In this document: positions 15,919-22,490 of the stretch, piece after piece
Position numbering within the stretch: position 1 is the first letter of the stretch
Layout of the letters: each line of letters starts with the position of its first letter
DNA from: Parvivirga hydrogeniphila
Lineage (GTDB): Bacteria; Actinomycetota; Coriobacteriia; Anaerosomatales; Anaerosomataceae
Direction: 5' to 3'
Length of the DNA: 24,000 bases
Assembly (NCBI RefSeq): GCF_023371205.1
Contig: NZ_JAMCCO010000001.1
Coordinates: forward strand, 34,662 to 58,661
Made by a program: the position numbers and the translations under genes
The notes under the pieces: generated by a model
What the model saw: only the letters and a program-made list of their open reading frames with translations
Database searches by the model: none
Told to the model about the DNA's origin: nothing

Positions 15919-16134
15919 CGCGTTGGTGGGCGCCGCGCCTGCATCCAACGCGACCTTGCAGGCGCACGCTTCCATCTATTCCCGTTTCGGGCTTCACCGA
16001 GCGAATGGAAACCTCGGATTCGCCTCGCGACGCTTTCGGCGGAGGGGCGCACGCACGAGCATGATGCACCAATGGGGAACATACGACACGACCGGTGACC
16101 GCCGGACGCACGACCGCTTGATCGAAGGAGCCCC

Positions 16135-17040
16135 ATGAAGCTGAAGCCGTCAGAGGTACTCGCGACCCCCGCAACGATCGCCATCGCGGCCGCAGTGGCC
16201 TGGGCCGGTTCCCAGGGCAGCGCGCGCATCGGCCAGATCCCCGTGTTCGCCGTGGCGGTCGCCCTGGCCTTCTTGGTGCAGATCGCGGCGTTCGTGCCCG
16301 CGTACCTCATGCAGACCGAGCGCTTCTACGACCTCGCTGGCAGCCTCACCTACATCGTGGTTACGGTCCTGACGGCGTTGCTCAGCAGGCCGCTCGACGC
16401 ACGGTCGCTTCTGCTCGCCGCGCTCGTGATCGTGTGGGCTGGCCGTCTCGGGTTCTTCTTGTTCAGACGGGTGCTCAGGGCAGGCAAGGACAGCCGTTTC
16501 GAGGAAATCAAGACCTCGTTCGTGAAGTACCTCAACGCCTGGACCATCCAGGGGCTGTGGATCACCTTGACCGCCGGAGCCGCCCTGGCCGCTATCAGCT
16601 CGACGACGCGGTCCCCCTTGGATGCCTGGGCCGCTGTCGGACTTGCCGTATGGCTTGCCGGTTTCGTGATCGAAGCTGTCGCGGACACTCAGAAGAGCCG
16701 GTTCCGGGCCGACCCCGCGAACAAGGGCCGATTCATCCGCACCGGCCTGTGGTCGTGGTCACGCCACCCGAACTACTTCGGCGAGATCACACTGTGGACG
16801 GGCGTGGCGCTGATCGCCTTCCCCGCCCTGCGCGGATGGCAGCTCGCGACGCTCGTCTCCCCGCTGTTCGTCTTCCTGCTCATCACGCGCATAAGCGGCG
16901 TGCCGATCCTCGAACGCCAGGCCGACGAGCGCTGGGGCGGGCAAGACGACTACGAGGAGTACAAGACGCGCACCTCCGTGCTCATGCCGCTTCCTCCGCG
17001 GAAGCGCGGACGCACCCGGCCCGGCCGTGCAACCAGATAG
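16135..17040 (+). CDS. DUF1295 membrane protein (steroid 5-alpha-reductase / ICMT-like superfamily)
   Basis: Track ORF 16135..17040, with GAAGGAG 5 nt upstream. It has multiple TM segments and the family signature near the C-terminus: QKSRFRADPANKGRFIRTGLWSWSRHPNYFGEITLWTG. Confidence 0.85.
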   Translation: MKLKPSEVLATPATIAIAAAVAWAGSQGSARIGQIPVFAVAVALAFLVQIAAFVPAYLMQTERFYDLAGSLTYIVVTVLTALLSRPLDARSLLLAALVIVWAGRLGFFLFRRVLRAGKDSRFEEIKTSFVKYLNAWTIQGLWITLTAGAALAAISSTTRSPLDAWAAVGLAVWLAGFVIEAVADTQKSRFRADPANKGRFIRTGLWSWSRHPNYFGEITLWTGVALIAFPALRGWQLATLVSPLFVFLLITRISGVPILERQADERWGGQDDYEEYKTRTSVLMPLPPRKRGRTRPGRATR

Positions 17041-17547
17041 CAACTCCTGATCGACAGCCTGCGCTTCGGCACGCAGAATGGGCTGCGCACCGCCACGATG
17101 GGCGAGACGCTCCGGGTTCGCCCTGGCTCGAACGTGCGCGTGTCCATCCGCTTCCACGTGCCGATGGAGAACACCAACGGTGACGCTCCGAAGGTCGATC
17201 ACATCGACTTGATCAAGGGCCTCGTGGGCCCCAAGGCCCTCCCTGGCACTCCCGAGTACCAGAGCGAGGTCAACACGACGACGGCCGTCATCGCCCGCTT
17301 CTCGTCCCCCGACTGGGCCGGGCAGCCGAACAAGGGGACGTGGCACACGGTCTCGTACGTGCTGACGAACGTCGATCACGACTGCTACCTCCGCCTGAGA
17401 GGCACCAACCTCGGCCTCGACGTTCCGAACGAGACGGACGCTCAGGGCAACCCCTTGATCGACGACCTTGTCGGCACGAACGACGGAGCCAAGGCGTTCG
17501 CGGACCTGTGGTTCTATTCGAATCCCATCTTCATCGACGTCCAGTGA
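17041..17547 (+). pseudogene. Probable 5'-truncated remnant of a larger gene (beta-rich C-terminal domain ending DLWFYSNPIFIDVQ)
   Basis: Track ORF 17098..17547. The reading frame is open back to 17041, directly after, and in the same frame as, the DUF1295 TAG stop. There is no RBS before ATG 17098. The peptide (QLLIDSLRFGTQNGLRTATMGETLRVRPGS...CYLRLRGTNLGLDVPNETDAQGNPLIDD...DLWFYSNPIFIDVQ) reads like the C-terminal end of a longer secreted hydrolase-type protein. I am not sure of the family. Confidence 0.4.
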
Positions 17548-17572
17548 CCTGAAGCACCGTTCTCACGACAGT

Positions 17573-17614
17573 GCGGGCCGCTCTGGCGGATGTGCCGGGC
17601 GGCCCGCTCTTTCC
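17573..17614 (+). terminator. Rho-independent-type terminator between the remnant ORF and the convergent purB
   Basis: GCGGGCCGC-t-CTGGC-ggatgt-GCCGG-GCGGCCCGC forms about 14 bp of stem with one G-U pair and one bulge. It is followed by TCTTTCC. Confidence 0.5.
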
Positions 17615-17679
17615 GGCAGGATCGCGCTCCACGCCGCGGACCGAACTCACAAGCGTGCACCGACCGGAGGCCTGCCGGA

Positions 17680-19020
17680 TCAGAACTCCAGCGCCTCCAG
17701 CCGCTCGAAGATCACGCCTGCGCGCTTCAGGAACGCACGGGGATCGAAGATGGCGTCAAGCTGGTCTGGGCTGAGCACGCAGTCGGTGTCGGACTCGAGC
17801 ATCTCACGGAAGCTCGGTCCGCTTCGCGCGTGCTGGATGTCGTCCCACACGCGCATCGCGTTGCGCTGCACGATAGCGTACGCATCCTCGCGCTTCATAC
17901 CCGCGTCGACGAGCGCCAGCAGCACGCGTGAGGAGTAGATGAGCCCTCGCGTCTTCTCCAGGTTCGCGCGCATGTTGTCGGGATAGACGCGCAGTCCGTC
18001 CAAGATCCAGGCCAGCTTGTCGAGCAGGTAGTCGAGCGCGATGAACGAGTCGACCAGCACGACGCGCTCCGCGCTCGAGTGCGAGATGTCGCGCTCGTGC
18101 CACAGCGCCACGTTGTCGAAGCCGACCTGCGCGTTCGCCTTCACCACGCGCGCGAGCCCGCAGACGCGCTCGGCGGTGATGGGATTGCGCTTGTGCGGCA
18201 TGGCCGAGGAGCCCTTCTGGCCCTCAGCGAACGGCTCTTCGACCTCGATCGTGTCGGTCTTCTGGAGCGCACGGACCTCGGTCGCGATGGCTTCGGCGGT
18301 GGCCGCGACTGTGGCGAGCACGGCGAGCACGTGCGCGTGCCTGTCCCGCGCGATCACCTGCGTCGAACACGGATCGGGAGCGAGCCCCAGCTTCTCGCAC
18401 ACGTACGACTCCACGAACGGGTCGATGTTGCTGTACGAGCCGACGGCACCAGAGATCGCGCCCCACGCACAGGAGTACTGGCGTGTGGCGATAAGCCTGC
18501 TCTCGGCGCGCTTGAGCATCCACGCCCAGCTCGCCCACTTCTGGCCGAACAGCATCGGCTCAGCATGGATGCCGTGGGTGCGCCCGACGCACACCGTGTC
18601 GCGGAACTCCAGCGCGCGGCGCTTGCAGATGCGCCCGAGGCGCCTGACGTCTTCGATGATGATGTCTTGGGCCTGCGTCATCTGGACGCACAGCGCGGTG
18701 TCGCCGAGATCCGACGAGGTCATGCCATAGTGCACCCAGCGGCTCGGTTTGGGATCTTCCGGGCCCAGGCCGGCGTCGATGTGCTCGGCCATGTTCGTGA
18801 GGAACGCGATGACGTCGTGGTTCGTGGTGCGCTCGATCTCCTCGATGCGCGCTACGTCGAACGCCGCCTTCTCGCGGATGACGGCGAGGTCGTGAGGGGG
18901 GACGATGCCGATCTCGGCAAGCGCCTCGCACGCCAGGATCTCGATGCGCTTCCAGATCTCGAACTTGTTCTCGAGCGACCAGATGCGGCCCATCTCGGGG
19001 CGCGTGTAGCGTTCGATCAT
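17680..19020 (-). CDS. purB: Adenylosuccinate lyase
   Basis: Inner part of track ORF 17680..19443. I place the start at ATG 19020 (MIERYTRPEMGRIWSLENKF), with GAAGGAG 6 nt upstream. The PurB sequence is typical throughout (SSAMPHKRNP signature loop). Confidence 0.95.
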   Translation of the reverse strand: MIERYTRPEMGRIWSLENKFEIWKRIEILACEALAEIGIVPPHDLAVIREKAAFDVARIEEIERTTNHDVIAFLTNMAEHIDAGLGPEDPKPSRWVHYGMTSSDLGDTALCVQMTQAQDIIIEDVRRLGRICKRRALEFRDTVCVGRTHGIHAEPMLFGQKWASWAWMLKRAESRLIATRQYSCAWGAISGAVGSYSNIDPFVESYVCEKLGLAPDPCSTQVIARDRHAHVLAVLATVAATAEAIATEVRALQKTDTIEVEEPFAEGQKGSSAMPHKRNPITAERVCGLARVVKANAQVGFDNVALWHERDISHSSAERVVLVDSFIALDYLLDKLAWILDGLRVYPDNMRANLEKTRGLIYSSRVLLALVDAGMKREDAYAIVQRNAMRVWDDIQHARSGPSFREMLESDTDCVLSPDQLDAIFDPRAFLKRAGVIFERLEALEF

Positions 19021-19108
19021 CGTCGGCTCCTTCGTCGAGTCGGCGTGCAGCGCATGGCTCCGATGCGCATTATCGCCGACCGGGCCGCCGGGGTCACGCG
19101 AGAACGCC

Positions 19109-19347
19109 TCAGCGCGTGGTCGGTTTCTCGCCTTCGACGAAGCCGACGTCCCAGTGCTTGCCGTCGCAGAAGGCTTGTTGTGCGACGCTCCACACCGGCC
19201 GAGCACCGCCGTCTCGCTGCACGCGATGTCGGAGCGGTCGTCGGCCAAGAGCGGCGCAAGATCCTGGGCGTCGATCCTCCTGCGGTACACAAGCGGGCCG
19301 TTCTTCAGCGGCTCGATGGGTGGTCCCGTGTGCGCGTCAAAGGCCAC
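19109..19347 (-). pseudogene. CDGSH-type iron-sulfur domain gene interrupted by a 1-nt frameshift (or an assembly error)
   Basis: GTG at 19347 is preceded by GGGAGGGAGGAG at 6 nt. The translation is VAFDAHTGPPIEPLKNGPLVY...ETAVLGRCGASHNKP. At about 19170 the frame must shift by one base (AAGCCTTCTGCGAC, expected AAGCCnTTCTGCGAC) to continue FCDGKHWDVGFVEGEKPTTR-stop at 19109-19111. Without the shift the frame runs on into purB. The first Cys of the CxC pair reads Gly. Confidence 0.6.
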
Positions 19348-19392
19348 GGTGCGCTCCTCCCTCCCGGCCGTCGAGCCCTTGGGAAACTGAGA

Positions 19393-19428
19393 GGCCCCGC
19401 GCCAGTATCGCAGAGCCGGCGCGGGGCC
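19393..19428 (-). terminator. Rho-independent-type terminator after the peroxiredoxin gene
   Basis: The minus strand reads GGCCCCGCGCC, a 14 nt loop, then GGCGCGGGGCC (a perfect 11-bp stem), followed by TCTCAGTTTCCC. It starts about 19 nt after the stop at 19447. Confidence 0.6.
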
Positions 19429-19446
19429 CCTGGGCTGTACCATGTT

Positions 19447-20055
19447 TTACTCGTCGCCGGGCTTCCAGACCTCCCACACGCGACCCACCAAGTCCGGACC
19501 GGGCTTGAGGACCTTCTTGCCGGGCTCCCACCCGGACGGGGTCACCTCGGCGCCTTTCGTTTCGCGCACGTGCTGGAATGCCTTTATCTGCCGGAGCGTC
19601 TCGTCCACCCTGCGGCCGACCGGTGGCGTCAGCACTTCCATTGCCTGCACGACACCGTCGGGGTCGATGATGAATCGGCCGCGGACGTTGACGCCCGCCT
19701 CGTCGTCGTACACGCCGTAGGCTTTCCCGAGATGGCCGGCGGCGTCCGCGATCATCGGGAACGGGATGCCGCCCTCGATCATCTTCGAGAGCTCTTGTTC
19801 GTCCCAGATCTTGTGCACGAACTGCGAGTCCACACTCACGGCCATGACCTCGACGCCGAGGGCCTGGAACTCGCCGTACTTGGCTGCGACCGCAGAGATC
19901 TCGGTCGGTCAGACGAACGTGAAGTCGCCGGGATAGAAGCACAAGACGACCCACTTGCCAAGGTAGTCCGAGAGCTTCACCTGCTTGAACGAACCCTTAT
20001 GGTATGCAGGAGCCACGAAGTCTGGCGCATTCCGACCGACCATGATGCTGCTCAC
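19447..20055 (-). CDS. Peroxiredoxin (AhpC/Prx1 type) with in-frame TGA at the peroxidatic Cys position: probable selenocysteine peroxiredoxin (PrxU-like)
   Basis: Track ORFs 19909..20163 and 19447..19845 are in the same frame and are separated only by TGA at 19909-19911. The joined sequence is ...[16 protein letters not shown][TGA][32 protein letters not shown]..., which is the universal FYPxDFTFVCPTE active site. I place the start at GTG 20055 (AGGAGG 5 nt upstream). The total of 202 codons is normal for a Prx. Confidence 0.85.
19887..19907 (-). promoter_or_regulatory. Candidate SECIS-like hairpin immediately 3' of the in-frame UGA
   Basis: The mRNA reads UGA-C-CGACCG-AGAUCUCUG-CGGUCG: a 6-bp stem and a 9-nt loop containing G and U. 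The stem starts 2 nt after the UGA, which is closer than in classical E. coli-type SECIS elements, so this is tentative. Confidence 0.35.
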
Positions 20056-20217
20056 TGCCGCCTCCTGACGCTTCTCATCAGATGGTTGACCTTCCACGCT
20101 TTTCGGCTCCGCTCCAACGACTGATCCTGTAGGACGCGCACATCCCACGACATCGTCTGCCACAGCATCCTCCTTTCATCGAGCTCGAGCCGTCGCCGTG
20201 TGACGCAGGATGGATAC

Positions 20218-20242
20218 GTGCAAGCGGGTATATACCCTGCAC
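20218..20242. promoter_or_regulatory. Inverted repeat GTGCA-agc-GGGTATATACCC-TGCAC in the prx/rubrerythrin divergent region (candidate peroxide/redox-regulator operator overlapping a TATATA -10-like core)
   Basis: GGGTATATACCC (20226-20237) is a perfect 12-bp palindrome flanked by GTGCA/TGCAC. It lies about 40 nt upstream of the rubrerythrin ATG. Confidence 0.35.
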
Positions 20243-20276
20243 ATCTCTTCAGGCCAACACGACGAACGGAGGCTCT

Positions 20277-20852
20277 ATGCCGAGCATCAAGGGCACGAGA
20301 ACCGAGCAGAACCTCTTGAAGGCGTTCGCCGGCGAAAGCCAGGCCCGCATGCGGTACACGTACTTCGCAAGCGTTGCCAAGAAGGAGGGCTTCGAGCAGA
20401 TATCCGCGATCTTCACCGAGACCGCAGACAACGAGAAAGAGCACGCCAAGGTCTTCTTCAAGTACCTCGAGGGCGGCGACGTCGAGATCACGGCCTCCTA
20501 CCCGGCCGGCGTCATCGGCACCACCGCCGAGAACCTGCTCGCTGCCGCCGAAGGCGAGCTCATGGAGTGGGGCACGCTCTACCCGGAGTTCGCACGCGTC
20601 GCCGAGGAGGAAGGATTCCCGGAGATCGCCGCCTCGTTCCGGGAGATCGCGAAGGTGGAGTCCTACCACGAGCGTCGATACCGGAAGCTCCTGGACAACG
20701 TCAACGGCTACACGGTGTTCAAGAAAGACGGCGTCGTGTACTGGAAGTGTCGCAACTGCGGCTACGTGTACGAAGGCGCCGAGGTCCCGCTGGAGTGCCC
20801 TGCCTGCAAGCACCCGCAGGCGTACTACGAGCTGTGGTGCGAGAACTACTGA
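20277..20852 (+). CDS. rbr: Rubrerythrin (diiron four-helix-bundle domain plus C-terminal rubredoxin-like CxxC...CxxC)
   Basis: Track ORF 20277..20852, with GGAGG 5 nt upstream. The peptide is TEQNLLKAFAGESQARMRYTYFASVAKKEGFEQISAIFTETADNEKEHA ... WKCRNCGYVYEGAEVPLECPACKHP. Confidence 0.95.
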   Translation: MPSIKGTRTEQNLLKAFAGESQARMRYTYFASVAKKEGFEQISAIFTETADNEKEHAKVFFKYLEGGDVEITASYPAGVIGTTAENLLAAAEGELMEWGTLYPEFARVAEEEGFPEIAASFREIAKVESYHERRYRKLLDNVNGYTVFKKDGVVYWKCRNCGYVYEGAEVPLECPACKHPQAYYELWCENY

Positions 20853-20876
20853 GCAGAGAAGATCGCGCTGACGAAG

Positions 20877-20905
20877 GAAGCGCCCCGGCCAGGCCGGGGC
20901 GCTTC
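20877..20905. terminator. Near-perfect GC-rich hairpin between convergent rubrerythrin and PAS genes (bidirectional terminator candidate)
   Basis: GAAGCGCCCCGGCC-a-GGCCGGGGCGCTTC: the 14-nt arms are fully complementary. There is no U-tract on either side. Confidence 0.55.
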
Positions 20906-20931
20906 GCGTTGCGCCGCACCGCAGCAGAGGC

Positions 20932-21315
20932 TCAGGACGCACCTTTCACGTGGTCAGTGACGTCGTGAGCGATCAAAAGGACGCCGTATACATCGCCGTC
21001 CTCGCACTTGAGGGGGGTGAGCGAGACGTCCATGAGCCGGCTTCCCCGCTGCTCGGAGGTCGTGTGCGTGTAGCGCGCGGCTTCGCACGTCTGTGCCACC
21101 TGTTCGATCCACGCCTGGAGCGGTTCCATCACCTCGGCGGGATACGCGAGGTCCCGCCAGTGGCTGCCGATGACTTGGACGGGGTCGTCGCCGAGGAACG
21201 CGGCCGCCGCGTTGTTCACGTACAGGTAGCGGCCATCCGGTGTGAAGACGAACACGAGGTCAGGAACGTCAGCGAGGATCTCGGAGATCGCGTCTATCGG
21301 GCTGTAGTCGCGCAT
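20932..21315 (-). CDS. Stand-alone PAS-domain protein (127 aa)
   Basis: Inner part of track ORF 20932..21459. I place the start at ATG 21315 (MRDYSPIDAISEILADVPDLVFVFTPDGRYLYVNNAAAAFLG), with GGAGGG 5 nt upstream. The PAS pattern runs through ...VIGSHWRDL...MDVSLTPLKCEDGDVYGVLLIAHDVTD. Confidence 0.8.
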   Translation of the reverse strand: MRDYSPIDAISEILADVPDLVFVFTPDGRYLYVNNAAAAFLGDDPVQVIGSHWRDLAYPAEVMEPLQAWIEQVAQTCEAARYTHTTSEQRGSRLMDVSLTPLKCEDGDVYGVLLIAHDVTDHVKGAS

Positions 21316-21362
21316 GTGCGCCCTCCGAACTGTCGCGGGTCTCGCTCGTGAGTCGTTCACAC

Positions 21363-21371
21363 ATGATAACA
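21363..21371 (-). promoter_or_regulatory. Candidate extended -10 promoter (TGTTATCAT) for the PAS gene
   Basis: The minus strand reads TGtTATCAT, about 45 nt upstream of ATG 21315. Pattern match only. Confidence 0.3.
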
Positions 21372-21503
21372 CCCAGTCATCATGCGAGCGCTTCTTCTCT
21401 CGGACTGTGGTTGCGCGGGCTCCCCCCGTCTCGCTGTCGAGCGCGGCCCTGTTCTTCATCGCCTCCGGCGAAACCGAGGCCGTCTCCTAGAAGCGCCGAG
21501 GGC

Positions 21504-22019
21504 TCAGAGCATCCCTAAGCGATCAAGCAGCCCGGATGTCCACGCACGCACCGCGGCCTCGTCGCGGAAGTCGCCGTCCGGCGCTTTGAGCGCTTTGAGC
21601 ACGAGCCGCTCGGGGAGCGTGAAGCGCTTCATCTGGCTCCAGCCGGCAAACAGCCCGATCTCGACGGGCGACAGGCCGATCTGCTGGATGAGGGCGTCAG
21701 TGTACCCGCGCACCTCGGCAGCGTTCTTCTCCGATTCGGCCATCTTCAGACCGACGGTGAAGAAGGCCACGGGCATCGTGCGCAGGGCCTCGGCGTTCCG
21801 CACGACCCACCGCCTGGCCTGCTTGTGCCAGGCGCCGGCGCGTACCCCGCTGCCGACGATCGCCGCGTCGTAGCCTGCGCACGCTGGATCATCGTCGGCT
21901 GGACGGACGTCTGCCGTCACGCCGTTCGCTTCCAGCTCCTCGGCGATCCATCTCGCCACGTCCTCCGTACAGCCTGAGCCGGTCGCGTACACCACGAGAC
22001 AGCGCTTCTGTTCGCCCAT
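21504..22019 (-). CDS. Flavodoxin-domain protein (flavodoxin_5 / HemG-like family)
   Basis: Track ORF 21504..22019, with GAGGAAGG upstream. The peptide is KRCLVVYATGSGCTEDVARWIAEEL...YDAAIVGSGVRAGAWHKQARRWV... Confidence 0.8.
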   Translation of the reverse strand: MGEQKRCLVVYATGSGCTEDVARWIAEELEANGVTADVRPADDDPACAGYDAAIVGSGVRAGAWHKQARRWVVRNAEALRTMPVAFFTVGLKMAESEKNAAEVRGYTDALIQQIGLSPVEIGLFAGWSQMKRFTLPERLVLKALKAPDGDFRDEAAVRAWTSGLLDRLGML

Positions 22020-22031
22020 GTCGCACCTTCC

Positions 22032-22388
22032 TCATCGAGACGCACGCTTCTGCGCCGGTCGGCAACCTTGAGGAGCGTAGGAGCTTTCGCCCTTCGCGCC
22101 TGCGGAAGCTGCCGCCTCCCTTACCGGTGGATGAGCCGGCCGATCGGGGGCACCAGACACGACGGCAATGATGCCGAACGCCACGAGAGGCGCAACCTCC
22201 AGGATGCCTTCGGTGCGCCGGGCGCTGATGAGTATCGCGCAGATGGCCTGGGCCATGGTGGAGCCCTTCGTCGAGAGCACCGGCACGAGCAGGTAGCCTG
22301 CCGGGCTACGCCGCCACAGCAACGCTGCGGCGACGAGAGCCAGCGGCACGATAATCGCTAAGTCGAGCGCCTTTCGTGCCGGCGGCAC
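22032..22388 (-). CDS. Hypothetical small membrane protein (118 aa), possibly the C-terminal remnant of a larger membrane protein
   Basis: Track ORF 22032..22388 starts at GTG. Its stop lies 12 nt before the flavodoxin ATG, inside that gene's RBS. Hydrophobic segments are LDLAIIVPLALVAAALLW and APLVAFGIIAVVSGA. No family recognised and no clear RBS. Confidence 0.4.
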   Translation of the reverse strand: MPPARKALDLAIIVPLALVAAALLWRRSPAGYLLVPVLSTKGSTMAQAICAILISARRTEGILEVAPLVAFGIIAVVSGAPDRPAHPPVREAAASAGAKGESSYAPQGCRPAQKRASR

Positions 22389-22490
22389 CCGCCTGCCGGA
22401 GCGGGCGTCACGGCGTACGCTTCAGGTGGTATGCGCAGATACCCCGCCCGTCGCTTTCGCGGGCACGGCGGGCGACGATATGATGTGCTC

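Noticed and set aside
14909-16174. 421-aa minus-strand ORF overlapping the heliorhodopsin in another frame. Similar shadow ORFs occur at 11587..13131, 10558..11517 and 599..1813.
   Set aside because: These are Arg/Gly-rich nonsense-like translations that overlap confidently identified genes. They are a high-GC stop-codon-depletion artefact.
17038-17040. TAG read-through (for example pyrrolysine or a suppressor) fusing DUF1295 to the in-frame downstream domain
   Set aside because: The window gives no supporting context (no pyl genes, no PYLIS-like element recognised). The DUF1295 protein already ends where family members normally end. A deletion scar is the simpler explanation.
17655-17679. 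CCGGAGGCCTGCCGG near-palindrome just after the purB stop, considered as a purB terminator
   Set aside because: Only about 4 bp of clean pairing and no U-tract. The stronger hairpin at 17573-17607 is a better candidate for terminating both convergent genes.
17680-19443. 587-aa ORF suggesting a PurB with a 141-residue N-terminal extension
   Set aside because: PurB homology begins exactly at the internal ATG 19020, which has its own GAAGGAG RBS. The upstream part is explained by the frameshifted CDGSH gene running into the purB frame.
18079-20124. 681-aa plus-strand ORF antisense to purB, the CDGSH gene and the peroxiredoxin
   Set aside because: Same reasoning: the Arg/Asp/Leu-rich sequence lacks family features, while the opposite strand encodes unmistakable PurB and Prx sequences.
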